From Desulfonatronovibrionaceae bacterium (GTDB lineage Bacteria > Desulfobacterota > Desulfovibrionia > Desulfovibrionales > Desulfonatronovibrionaceae), in the NCBI GenBank assembly GCA_046539845.1, contig JBKHGE010000001.1, forward strand, positions 1 through 64,000: a stretch of DNA of 64,000 nt, written 5' to 3'. Positions 10,013 to 18,983 of this stretch are shown piece by piece; positions within the stretch are counted from its first letter, which is position 1, and every line of letters begins with the position of its first letter. Made by a program: the position numbers and the translations under genes. Under the pieces are notes generated by a model. The model was given only the letters and a program-made list of their open reading frames with translations. It was not told where the DNA came from and did no database searches.

Positions 10013-10840
10013 ATGTGCTGGCTAATCTGGGCGATAGTTGCCGCCCTCTTTCTGCTGACCGCGGCCAGCTATGTCCTTTACTGGTACGAAAACGGCAACC
10101 AAGCGGACTCGACCCGGACCTCCCTTTTCCAAGTCCTTTCCGCCGGCCTGGACTCGGTCCTGGGTGTGGCTTTTCTGGCCGCGGTATATCCACTGGGCCG
10201 GCTGAAGAGGATTAAGCGTGCGAGCGTCCCAGACAGAAACGGGCCGGTAATAGTCTGTGTGCACGGACTGTTCCACAACCCGAGCGCTTGGATCATCTTC
10301 CGCATCCGCCTGCGCCGGGCCGGGTTTGGTAACTGCTACTGCCCGGCGTACAAAAGCTTTACCAACGATATCTCCGGGGCCCTGCAGGAGTTGGAGGAAC
10401 AACTCGCTGCGATCCGGGGAAAGCACCCCGAGCAGGAACTCATCCTTGTCGGGCACAGCCTGGGCGGGCTTTTGGCCTTTTTTTCCGTCCCCAACAACCG
10501 GAGCAGACTGATAATTACCATGGGCACGCCGTTTAAGGGAAGCAAACTGGCCGTATTCGGCATATCCCGCCTGGCCAAGTCCCTGCGGCCGCAGAGCCGA
10601 GAGCTTCAAGCCTTTCTTTCAAAAGCAGAAAACACTGCTCATCCACCGGGGCTGGCCCTGTACACGACAACGGATAACATGGTCCTGCCCGGAAAATCGC
10701 TACTGGCCGCGCCCGAGGGATGGAGACTGGTCCAAACCCGTCGGGCCATGTCCCACGTAGGCATGCTCTGGAGCGGGGAAGTAGCCGGGCGGGCCATAGA
10801 GGAGATCCAAAAAACGGTTGAAAAAAACGGGACCGGGTGA
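10013..10840 (+). CDS. Membrane-anchored alpha/beta hydrolase (lipase/esterase-like)
   Basis: VHGLFHN, GHSLGG nucleophile elbow, TMGTPFKGS, DNMV, SHVGML. Confidence 0.85.
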   Translation: MCWLIWAIVAALFLLTAASYVLYWYENGNQADSTRTSLFQVLSAGLDSVLGVAFLAAVYPLGRLKRIKRASVPDRNGPVIVCVHGLFHNPSAWIIFRIRLRRAGFGNCYCPAYKSFTNDISGALQELEEQLAAIRGKHPEQELILVGHSLGGLLAFFSVPNNRSRLIITMGTPFKGSKLAVFGISRLAKSLRPQSRELQAFLSKAENTAHPPGLALYTTTDNMVLPGKSLLAAPEGWRLVQTRRAMSHVGMLWSGEVAGRAIEEIQKTVEKNGTG

Positions 10841-10870
10841 GCATTCCGCCCGCCCGGTCCCGTTTTTTTC
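10820..10870. terminator. Bidirectional intrinsic terminator between convergent genes
   Basis: GAAAAAAACGGGACCGGG ... CCCGGTCCCGTTTTTTTC inverted repeat. Confidence 0.8.
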
Positions 10871-10883
10871 GGCCCGATCCAAA

Positions 10884-11057
10884 CTATTTTTCGTGCTTAT
10901 GCTCGTGAGGAATCACCTCTCCAGTCTCCGGGTCGTGTTCGTGATCGTGCTCATGGGGGTGAGAGTGGACCACATCCCCATGGCTGTGCTCGTGATCGTG
11001 AACATACTGTGCATACTTTGAATCGGGATTGTGTCCGCACCCGCAATCATTACACAT
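10884..11057 (-). CDS. 57-aa MCxxCGC / His-rich small protein (putative Ni/Co-binding), absent from ORF track
   Basis: Translates MCNDCGCGHNPDSKYAQYVHDHEHSHGDVVHSHPHEHDHEHDPETGEVIPHEHKHEK; SD GGAGGTG 7 nt upstream; promoter and terminator flank it. Confidence 0.85.
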   Translation of the reverse strand: MCNDCGCGHNPDSKYAQYVHDHEHSHGDVVHSHPHEHDHEHDPETGEVIPHEHKHEK

Positions 11058-11094
11058 AACCTAACACCTCCGTTTAAGATTTACCGTGCATAAT

Positions 11095-11123
11095 ATTATG
11101 AACTTTTTATACCCCGGCGTCAA
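11095..11123 (-). promoter_or_regulatory. Sigma70-like promoter for the His-rich gene, with -10 inside palindrome CATAATATTATG (11089-11100)
   Basis: TTGACG-N17-CATAAT on minus strand. Confidence 0.6.
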
Positions 11124-11155
11124 GCGGCTTGTGAAATACAGACTGCCCCTGCAGG

Positions 11156-11653
11156 CTATTTTATGGCATCACTTACGGCAGCACTCATGGAGGCCGGGAA
11201 AGAGACTATGAGCACCCGCTTGGCTGCCAGGACAAAATCGGTTGTCCAGGGGCATTGCTGGATCAAGGTCATAAGCCCGCCGACAACAAGCAAAGAGAAG
11301 CCATAGGTACCCACTACCCTGAGAATATAGCTATGGACATGGCCTTTAAAGGCCGAGCGATAAAAATTGAAATAGGTAAAAAAAGCGATAAAAAGGATGG
11401 ACAGAGAGCTTAAGGCCAAAACATTGGCCAAAGGCAGGTTTTCTCCAAGATTCCAGGTCTCCTCGGTAAAGGCCACGGGCACAGCCAGAATGGAGGCCCC
11501 GACAATGACCTGCATCATGTCCCGGGGCCGGAACTCGACCATAAGCGGTTTGACCGCATAATCCAGTACCCGGCCTGCGCTGTCCACAATAGGGATCACC
11601 CGGTGCAGATACCCGCCGATCCTTCTTATGCTTGTCTTTGACTTGTTTTCCAC
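11156..11653 (-). CDS. DUF2391-like integral membrane protein
   Basis: QVIVGASILAVPVAFTEETW and SFPASMSAAV motifs; several TM segments. Confidence 0.7.
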   Translation of the reverse strand: MENKSKTSIRRIGGYLHRVIPIVDSAGRVLDYAVKPLMVEFRPRDMMQVIVGASILAVPVAFTEETWNLGENLPLANVLALSSLSILFIAFFTYFNFYRSAFKGHVHSYILRVVGTYGFSLLVVGGLMTLIQQCPWTTDFVLAAKRVLIVSFPASMSAAVSDAIK

Positions 11654-11680
11654 TTTTCCCTCTTGCTTTGTTGCGCCTGG

Positions 11681-12823
11681 TCAGTCTGAATCCAAAACCA
11701 CCCTGTTTTTGCCGGCTTTCTTGGCCTTGAGCAGGGCCTGGTCCGCCCGATCGATCAAGGTATCCACCGTGCATTGCTCCGGACCTTTCTCCGCCACCCC
11801 AATACTGACCGTGACCCACTCCCCGGGAGAAAGCCCGCCCAGGCAAGTCCCGGCAATGGTCTGTCTTAGACGCTCGGCCACGCCTGCGGCCTGTTTGCAG
11901 TCTGCACCCGGGAGCAGGGCCACAAACTCCTCCCCGCCATATCGGGCCAGGGTATCGAATTCACGCAGGGTGGAGCGGCAGGCATCAGCCAAGTCCTTAA
12001 GTACCACATCCCCGACACTGTGTCCGTAACGATCATTTACAGACTTGAAGTCGTCTATATCCAGGACCAATGCGGAGATGGGCAGGTTGAACCTTTCGGA
12101 ACGCCGCAGTTCCTTTTCGGCCACATCATAAAAACTGCGGCGATTGTAAACCTGGGTCAGATAGTCGGTCTTGGCCAAGTACGTGGCCCGGCCCAATGCC
12201 TCCTCCAGCTGCTGCGATTTCCTTTCCAGCTCCGCTCTGGCGCTCTTGAGCTTCCGGATATTCTCTATAGAGATAAGGGCCTGGGTCAAAAGCGGGCCTA
12301 GTCGGAAAAGCAGGCTGGCGTGCATGTAGTCAATAAGCCCATGCTCCCGGCTGACGCAGACCAGTGCGGCTCTGAAGCGGCCATAGCGGAAAGGAGCGTG
12401 TGCCGCGGTGGCGTACTTATCCCTAAGTTCGAACTTGTCCTCCCATTCCGCGGGCTGATTCAGGTCATGGACAATTATCGGCCGCCCCCGGGTAAACAAA
12501 CGCTCGAACATGGCCGAAGGCCGCCAAATGGTCCCCTGAAACTCCGGAAGTGTGGAGGAAAAAACCTCAAAACAGCCGCTGTCTGAAAAAAGCAGGACAA
12601 AGGAACCGTCCAGGGACTCGGATTCGTTCAGGGCAAGGAGTATGTTCAAAAGCCCGGATTCTGCAGTCTCCGCGGTGGTCAGGCCCCGCAGGCCCTGCAG
12701 GAGGAGCTCGGTATGTCTGCGGGATTGTCTTTCCCGGCTGCGCATCCTTTCCCGGTCCAGAGCGATTTCATACAATTCCTCGTTTGCCAGGCTGGCCACC
12801 TGCTCTTCGATATAAGAAGTCAT
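11681..12823 (-). CDS. Diguanylate cyclase (GAF-like plus GGDEF domain)
   Basis: TDYLTQVYNRR, DIDDFKSVNDRYGH, RYGGEEF; I-site REFD; ATG 12823 with SD GGAGG. Confidence 0.88.
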   Translation of the reverse strand: MTSYIEEQVASLANEELYEIALDRERMRSRERQSRRHTELLLQGLRGLTTAETAESGLLNILLALNESESLDGSFVLLFSDSGCFEVFSSTLPEFQGTIWRPSAMFERLFTRGRPIIVHDLNQPAEWEDKFELRDKYATAAHAPFRYGRFRAALVCVSREHGLIDYMHASLLFRLGPLLTQALISIENIRKLKSARAELERKSQQLEEALGRATYLAKTDYLTQVYNRRSFYDVAEKELRRSERFNLPISALVLDIDDFKSVNDRYGHSVGDVVLKDLADACRSTLREFDTLARYGGEEFVALLPGADCKQAAGVAERLRQTIAGTCLGGLSPGEWVTVSIGVAEKGPEQCTVDTLIDRADQALLKAKKAGKNRVVLDSD

Positions 12824-12840
12824 TGCATGCCTCCTGCGGC

Positions 12841-14049
12841 CTAAATGGCCGACGGCCGGTTGCTGAAAAGGATCACCGAGACCATAAGGTTGCCGTGATA
12901 ATTGGCCCCCTTGGTCAAAGAGCCCTGCTCCCCAAAGGTAAATATGGTCAGATAGGGCACATCCCCGAGCAGAGCATTCAGCTGGCGCTTGACTTCGTTT
13001 AGGTCCTTGCGCACCGCCAGCATGGACCCGGCGCAAAAGTCAATCAGCGCCCCCTGAATCTGCTCCGGCTGGTAGTCGTTGTTGGCCAGGACGCTCTCCA
13101 CCACCCGGGTGGGGCGGCTGACAAGGCTCTTGCGGCTCCCGCTCATGAGGGTGATCCGGTCGTTGTCCTTTATATCTGTAAACAAGGATATGCTGTGGTC
13201 CGGGAATACCTTTTCCGGATGGGACAAAAGTTAGAGGGGCACCTTGCCTAGTTGGTGTTTAAACCGGGCCAAAGGGTACCAGCTCGTCAACCCAAGTACG
13301 TCTCCGCCCCGGGGAAGCACCGAAGAAATAGCCCCCTCGGTCCAGTCATTATACACCAATGCCGCCGGGCGGCCGTCAATCTCCTTGAGAATGCGGCCCT
13401 CGGTTTCCGTGGCCACTCCGAAATGGGAAGTGGGGGAATAACCGCTGTGAAAGGAAAAACCCGGCTCCTGGGAAGGGAAAAAGGAGGTGACGGCCACCCC
13501 TTCTGTGGAGGCGGATCCGTTTCCTATTACCGACCAGTTACCGGCAACCGCATCATCAGCAGCACTACCGCCCAGAACAGGGATATTCGGACCCAGGACC
13601 GATTCAATGCCGGCCAGGATCTTTTCTTCCCGGCCGGGAGTGGAAGATATCCAGACAAAAAGCGGGGACTCCCCGGGTCGACCGGCGTTGCTCAGGCTTT
13701 CCCGCACGGCTTTGGCTGCGGCCTGCTCCGGATCATTTCCAAACTCGCATATACTTGTCCCAAAATCCCCGTCCGGGTCATGGAGGGCTAACACCCCTAG
13801 AATTCCCGGAGTGCCGCTCACAAAACCGGAATTAACCAGCACTCCCTGACAAGTGCTCCCGCCGTGCACGGCCGCGTTCGGAGCGAACTCGGCCATGGAC
13901 CGGGCCAGATGGGTCGGGTCAAGGGCTTCTGTGTAATAGGCAAACACCATGTCCGGAGTCCCGGGCATTTCCGCGCTCAACTGGGAAAAAACTTCTTTTG
14001 CCGCCTCCCGGGCATCGGTTTCCCGGGTCCAAAAAACAGATATACGCAT
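12841..14049 (-). pseudogene. FIST-domain sensor (FIST_N plus FIST_C) interrupted by in-frame TAA at 13231-13233
   Basis: HGGSTC, GGSAAD, EIDGRPA upstream; VPL-TAA-LLSHP continues in frame to FCAG and TFGEQG...HGNL. Confidence 0.8.
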
Positions 14050-14215
14050 AAGCAAACTCCTGCAGACATGTCCCGGGCCCTGCGCCCGCATGTAAAATGT
14101 ATTCAACCCGCAAAAGTATATTAACCCAAATCCCGGCTTGCGGCAAACCCGTTCGGAATCGCACACCTTTGGGCTCCACTTGACAAGCCGGACACAGACA
14201 AATACCTGCCGGGCA

Positions 14216-15319
14216 ATGAACAGCAAACACGCCCCGGCACCGCCCCCGGATTTTGATCTCCAAAGCTACCACTTTGAACTCCCGCAGGAAAATATCGCCC
14301 AGACGCCTGCAGCAGCCAGATCTTCCTCCCGGCTACTGGTCCTGGACAGGGCTTCGGGCGCTATCACCCACTCCTCTTTTTCCCGGCTCGATTCCTTTCT
14401 GCCTAAGGAGTGCTTGATCGTGGCCAATAACACCCGTGTTCTGCCGGCCAGGCTGGAAGGCAAAAAGTCCTCCGGCGGAAAGGTGGAGTTTCTGCTTTTG
14501 ACTCCGCTACCGCTCCTCAAAACAAAAACCCACGGCAACGGCCAAAGGAGCTGCACCGCCCTGGGATTGCTCCGGGCTTCCCGGGCTCCGTCGGTAGGGG
14601 ATAGGATCGACCTGGAAGGCGAAATCTCCCTTGCCGTCTTGGAAAAACACCAGTTCGGACAGTATTTGGTCCGCCTGGAGTGGTCCGGGGAGCTGGAAAA
14701 AATCTTTTTCAGCCGCGGGCATATGCCCCTGCCGCCCTACATCCGCCGCCCCGACGGGCCCGAGGACCGGCAAAGATATCAGACCGCTTTCTGCAGCAGG
14801 CAGAAGACCGGGTCCGTGGCCGCGCCAACCGCAGGCTTGCACTTTACCCCGGAAATCAGACAAAGACTTCTGACCTCGGGGAGGAAATGGGCGGAAATAA
14901 CTTTGTACGTCGGGTACGGTACTTTCAGCCCCATCCGCTGCCGGGATATCCGCAGGCACCAAATGCACAGCGAATACGCGGAAATCCCGGCCCGGACCGC
15001 GAAGATGATCAACCGGGCCAAAGCCCGGGGCGAAAGCGTGCTCTGCGTGGGCACAACCACTGTTCGGGCCCTGGAAGGCGCATTCCAACTAACCGGGGAC
15101 ATCCGACCGTACACCGGATGGACGGATATTTTTATTACCCCGGAATCCCAGTTCTTTGTCACCGACCACATGCTGACCAATTTTCACCTCCCCCAGTCCT
15201 CACTTATTGTCATGGTCTCCGCCCTGGCCGGAAGAGAGCGCATCCTGGCCGCATACAAAGAGGCCGTGCAAAAGAACTACCGCTTCTTCTCCTACGGGGA
15301 CTCCATGCTCATCCTGTAG
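14216..15319 (+). CDS. queA: SAM:tRNA ribosyltransferase-isomerase
   Basis: ELPQENIAQ, PLPPYI, GSVAAPTAGLHF, TNFHLPQS, YRFFSYGDSM. Confidence 0.96.
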   Translation: MNSKHAPAPPPDFDLQSYHFELPQENIAQTPAAARSSSRLLVLDRASGAITHSSFSRLDSFLPKECLIVANNTRVLPARLEGKKSSGGKVEFLLLTPLPLLKTKTHGNGQRSCTALGLLRASRAPSVGDRIDLEGEISLAVLEKHQFGQYLVRLEWSGELEKIFFSRGHMPLPPYIRRPDGPEDRQRYQTAFCSRQKTGSVAAPTAGLHFTPEIRQRLLTSGRKWAEITLYVGYGTFSPIRCRDIRRHQMHSEYAEIPARTAKMINRAKARGESVLCVGTTTVRALEGAFQLTGDIRPYTGWTDIFITPESQFFVTDHMLTNFHLPQSSLIVMVSALAGRERILAAYKEAVQKNYRFFSYGDSMLIL

Positions 15320-15536
15320 ACCGAGCGGCCCTGGCGCCAGACCAAGAAATACCCCCCTGAAAAGTATGAAAATCCTCCCGGATGCACCCCGGGGACAAAA
15401 CCTCTTTTATCCGTCAGGGTTTTATGTTAAGTGAAGTTTCCTTTTTTATCCATTCAGAATGGGTGCTTGCGTCTTCACGGGATGCAAAAAAGGACCATCA
15501 CCAGCAAATACACGCGGCCTGCGGCCAGGAGGTAAC

Positions 15537-15779
15537 ATGTCCAGAGTGGTCTTTAAGGAAGACAGGTGCAAGGGGTGTCTGCTGTGCACCCTGGTCTGCC
15601 CGGTGGGAATAATTGTTCCGGCCGAGCGTTTCAACAAGCAGGGCTACAAGGTAGTGGAAGTCCCGGCGGAGCAGATGGAAGAATGCAAAGGGTGTGCATT
15701 CTGCGCCCAAATATGCCCGGACACGGCCATAGAGGTGTTCAAGTCCGCTCAGGAAAAGGAGACCGCAGATGTCAGCTAA
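15537..15779 (+). CDS. 2-oxoacid:ferredoxin oxidoreductase delta subunit (2x[4Fe-4S])
   Basis: CKGCLLCTLVCP and CKGCAFCAQICP; SD AGGAGG. Confidence 0.9.
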   Translation: MSRVVFKEDRCKGCLLCTLVCPVGIIVPAERFNKQGYKVVEVPAEQMEECKGCAFCAQICPDTAIEVFKSAQEKETADVS

Positions 15780-16830
15780 GTCCAAAATATTCGTCAAGGG
15801 CAACGAGGCTATTTCCAGGGGGGCATTGGATGCCGGATGCCGCTGCTATTTCGGTTATCCGATCACTCCGCAGAATGACATCCCGGAATTCATGTCCAAG
15901 GCCTTGCCCGAAGCCGGCGGACAATTCGTTCAGGCGGAAAGCGAAATAGCAGCGGCAAATATGCTTATGGGCGCGGCTGCCTGCGGCGTCCGGGCCATGA
16001 CTTCCTCTTCTAGCCCGGGCATCTCTTTGAAACAGGAGACCATATCTTATATGGCCGGGAGCGAACTCCCGGCTGTGGTGGTCAATATGAACCGCGGCGG
16101 CCCCGGGCTCGGGGACATCGGACCGGCCCAGGGGGACTACTTCCAGGCCACCCGAGGCGGTGGGCACGGAGACTACCGACTGCTGGTTTTGGCCCCGGGG
16201 ACCGCTCAAGAAGCCTATGATCTGACCCGGCGGGCCTTTGACCTCGCGTTCGCCTACCGCAACCCGGTAATGGTCCTGGGAGACGCTATACTGGGGCAGA
16301 TGAAAGAACCCATCACTCTGGGCCAGAAACAGGACGTCTCCCCCGGGGAAGCTGTGGACTGGCGGCTGAACGGGGCAACGGACAGAAAACCGCGCATACT
16401 CAAATCCCTCTTTTTGGCCGAGGGTTCTTTGGCCGCCCATAACCGGCACCTGGGGGCAAAATACAAAGAGATGGACCGGGAGTGCAGCTGGGAGGAATTC
16501 ATGACCGAGGATGCCCGGCTGATCATAGTCGCCTACGGGTCCATCGGCCGCATCGCCAAATCCAGCATAAGAAAGCTGCGCGCTTTCGGCCATAAAGTGG
16601 GACTAGTCCGGCCCATTACTGTATACCCCTTCCCGGCTCTGGCCCTGCGGGATCTGGCGGAAAAAGGGAAGAATTTTCTGACCATAGAGCACAATATGGG
16701 ACAAATGGTCGAGGATGTCCGTCTGTCTGTATGCGGCTTGGCTGAAAGCGCATTCTACGGGCACCTCCCTGGAAACCTACCCACTCCGAACGATTTCGAA
16801 CAACCCATTCTGGACGCCCTGGAGAAATAA
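15769..16830 (+). CDS. 2-oxoacid:ferredoxin oxidoreductase alpha subunit (VorB-like)
   Basis: GNEAI, YFGYPITPQ, QAESE, TSSSSPGISLKQE. Confidence 0.92.
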   Translation: MSAKSKIFVKGNEAISRGALDAGCRCYFGYPITPQNDIPEFMSKALPEAGGQFVQAESEIAAANMLMGAAACGVRAMTSSSSPGISLKQETISYMAGSELPAVVVNMNRGGPGLGDIGPAQGDYFQATRGGGHGDYRLLVLAPGTAQEAYDLTRRAFDLAFAYRNPVMVLGDAILGQMKEPITLGQKQDVSPGEAVDWRLNGATDRKPRILKSLFLAEGSLAAHNRHLGAKYKEMDRECSWEEFMTEDARLIIVAYGSIGRIAKSSIRKLRAFGHKVGLVRPITVYPFPALALRDLAEKGKNFLTIEHNMGQMVEDVRLSVCGLAESAFYGHLPGNLPTPNDFEQPILDALEK

Positions 16831-16832
16831 TC

Positions 16833-17588
16833 ATGCAGGAAAAACAAGCATACACACGCCCTGAGCTTCTGGCCGATATCCCCACCCATTATTGTCCCGG
16901 CTGCCATCACGGCACGGCCCACAAAATCGTGGCCGAATGCCTGCAGGAACTTGAGGTCGGGGAGGACACCATCTGCGTGGGCTCAATCGGATGCTCGGTA
17001 TTCATCTACAACTATATCCTGGCGGATACAATCGAGGCCCCGCACGGTCGGGCCCCGGCCGTGGCCACCGGGGTGAAAAGGTCCCGCCCGGACAAGTTCG
17101 TGTTCACCTACCAGGGTGACGGAGATCTGGCCTCAATCGGTTTGGCGGAAATAATGCACTGCGCCAACCGGGGGGAAAAGGTCTCGGTCATATTCGTCAA
17201 CAATACCGTATACGGGATGACCGGAGGACAAATGGCTCCAACCACCATGCTCGGCCAGAAGACCACCACCTGTCCGGCTGGTAGGTGTGGGGAAAGCGAA
17301 GGTGAACCGTTCAAAATGGCCGAAATTATAGCCGGACTCGGGGGTACCGCCTATTCCGCCCGGGTGGCCCTGGATAACATAAAAAACTATAACCGGGCCA
17401 AAAAGGCCGTGCGCAAGGCCTTTTCCGTGCAAAAAGAAGGGCGGGGATTCGGTTTTGTAGAATTTTTGGCCGCCTGTCCCACCAATTGGAAGATGTCCCC
17501 GGTCCAGGCGGTGGAAAGGGTGAGCAAGGAACTGATCCCCTGCTTCCCGCTCGGGGAATTCAAGGACTGCACCGCGGAGGACAGATAG
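16833..17588 (+). CDS. 2-oxoacid:ferredoxin oxidoreductase beta (TPP-binding) subunit
   Basis: HYCPGC, QGDGDLASIG, NNTVYGMTGGQMAPTT. Confidence 0.92.
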   Translation: MQEKQAYTRPELLADIPTHYCPGCHHGTAHKIVAECLQELEVGEDTICVGSIGCSVFIYNYILADTIEAPHGRAPAVATGVKRSRPDKFVFTYQGDGDLASIGLAEIMHCANRGEKVSVIFVNNTVYGMTGGQMAPTTMLGQKTTTCPAGRCGESEGEPFKMAEIIAGLGGTAYSARVALDNIKNYNRAKKAVRKAFSVQKEGRGFGFVEFLAACPTNWKMSPVQAVERVSKELIPCFPLGEFKDCTAEDR

Positions 17589-18143
17589 ATGTACAAGGAC
17601 ACCATCATAGCCGGATTCGGTGGACAAGGGGTCATGATGATCGGCAATCTCCTGGCCTATGCAGCCATGGGCCAGGGCCTGCACGTGACCTATATCCCGG
17701 TGTACGGCCCGGAGATGCGCGGCGGGACCGCCAACTGCACAGTGGTTATTTCTGATGAAGAGATCGGTTCGCCCATCATCCATAACCCGGAAAGCCTTAT
17801 CGCCATGAATCGCCCCTCACTGGATAAATTTCAGTCCCGGGTCAAGGAGGGGGGGCAAGTGGTCATAAACTCCTCGCTTGTAGACGCCGCCCTAGCCGAG
17901 ACGAACAGGCTCATGTGCTTTGCCGTGCCGGCCAACGACATCGCCAACAGAATCGGCAACACCAGGATGGCCAATATGGTCGCTTTGGGTGGCTTTCTGG
18001 AGGCCACCGGTTGCGTTGATTTGAGCACTGCGCAAAACAGTCTGGAAAACGTCATCCCCGCACATTACAGCCATTTGATACCCAAAAACTCGGAGGCGTT
18101 GGCCGCCGGGTCCGAACATGTCCGGCAAAACGGCCGGATCTGA
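17589..18143 (+). CDS. 2-oxoacid:ferredoxin oxidoreductase gamma subunit
   Basis: [26 protein letters not shown]. Confidence 0.92.
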   Translation: MYKDTIIAGFGGQGVMMIGNLLAYAAMGQGLHVTYIPVYGPEMRGGTANCTVVISDEEIGSPIIHNPESLIAMNRPSLDKFQSRVKEGGQVVINSSLVDAALAETNRLMCFAVPANDIANRIGNTRMANMVALGGFLEATGCVDLSTAQNSLENVIPAHYSHLIPKNSEALAAGSEHVRQNGRI

Positions 18144-18155
18144 TCCCTCTAAGCC

Positions 18156-18977
18156 ATGGACTGCTGCATTTACGGAATAACCGGATATCCTCTGGGCCAC
18201 AGCCTGAGCCCGGCCCTGCACAACCATTGGTTCGCGGAATGTGGGTCCCAGAATAAGGTGTACTGCACCTGGCCAGTGAAAAACGAAGACCTGGACTATT
18301 TCATACGTTCGGTCCGCCTGCTCTCAATCTCCGGGGCCAGTGTAACCATCCCGCACAAAGAGGCGGTCATACCCTTCCTGGATGAGATCTCCCCGACAGC
18401 CAGACAGATCGGGGCGGTAAACACCCTTTACTGGCGAAAAGGTCGGCTGGCCGGGGATAACACGGATGTGACCGGATTCACCCTTCCCCTCCTCAGCCTG
18501 AAAAAAGACCTCCACAGCGCCCTGGTCCTTGGTGCCGGAGGCGCCTCCAGGGCAGTGGTTCACGGCCTAAAGAAACTGGGCATAAAGACAGTGCTGAGCA
18601 ACAAGACCGCAAGCAAGGCCGAGGCCTTAGCCCGGGAGATGAAAGCGGAAACAGTGGCCTGGGGAAAAAGGCACTCGGTGCGGACGGATCTTCTGGTCAA
18701 TACCACTCCCCTGGGCATGTACGGAGAAAACAGGGACAGATCACCCTGGGAGGCGGACATGACCGGGGTGCAGGCGGTATACGACATCATCTACAATCCA
18801 GTAGATACCCCGCTGACAAAACAGGCAACGCAAGAAGGCAAGACAATCATCCCCGGACTGGAGATGTTTGTTGCCCAGGCAGCGGAACAATTTCGCATCT
18901 GGACCGGTCTGGAGATGGACCGCGAACCGGCGCTGGCCTTTCTGGGACGTATCCTGGGGAAAAGCCGGGCCGGTTAG
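18156..18977 (+). CDS. aroE: Shikimate dehydrogenase
   Basis: HSLSP, SVTIPHKE, GAVNT, NTD, LGAGGA, YDIIYNP. Confidence 0.93.
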   Translation: MDCCIYGITGYPLGHSLSPALHNHWFAECGSQNKVYCTWPVKNEDLDYFIRSVRLLSISGASVTIPHKEAVIPFLDEISPTARQIGAVNTLYWRKGRLAGDNTDVTGFTLPLLSLKKDLHSALVLGAGGASRAVVHGLKKLGIKTVLSNKTASKAEALAREMKAETVAWGKRHSVRTDLLVNTTPLGMYGENRDRSPWEADMTGVQAVYDIIYNPVDTPLTKQATQEGKTIIPGLEMFVAQAAEQFRIWTGLEMDREPALAFLGRILGKSRAG

Positions 18978-18983
18978 AGACAA

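Noticed and set aside
10884..11010. CACGAT/CACGAG short repeats as tandem repeat or CRISPR
   Set aside because: Explained by His-Asp/His-Glu codons of the small protein; no repeat-spacer structure
13231..13233. Recoding of the internal FIST stop
   Set aside because: Codon is TAA, not at a Cys position, and no SECIS-like hairpin was seen
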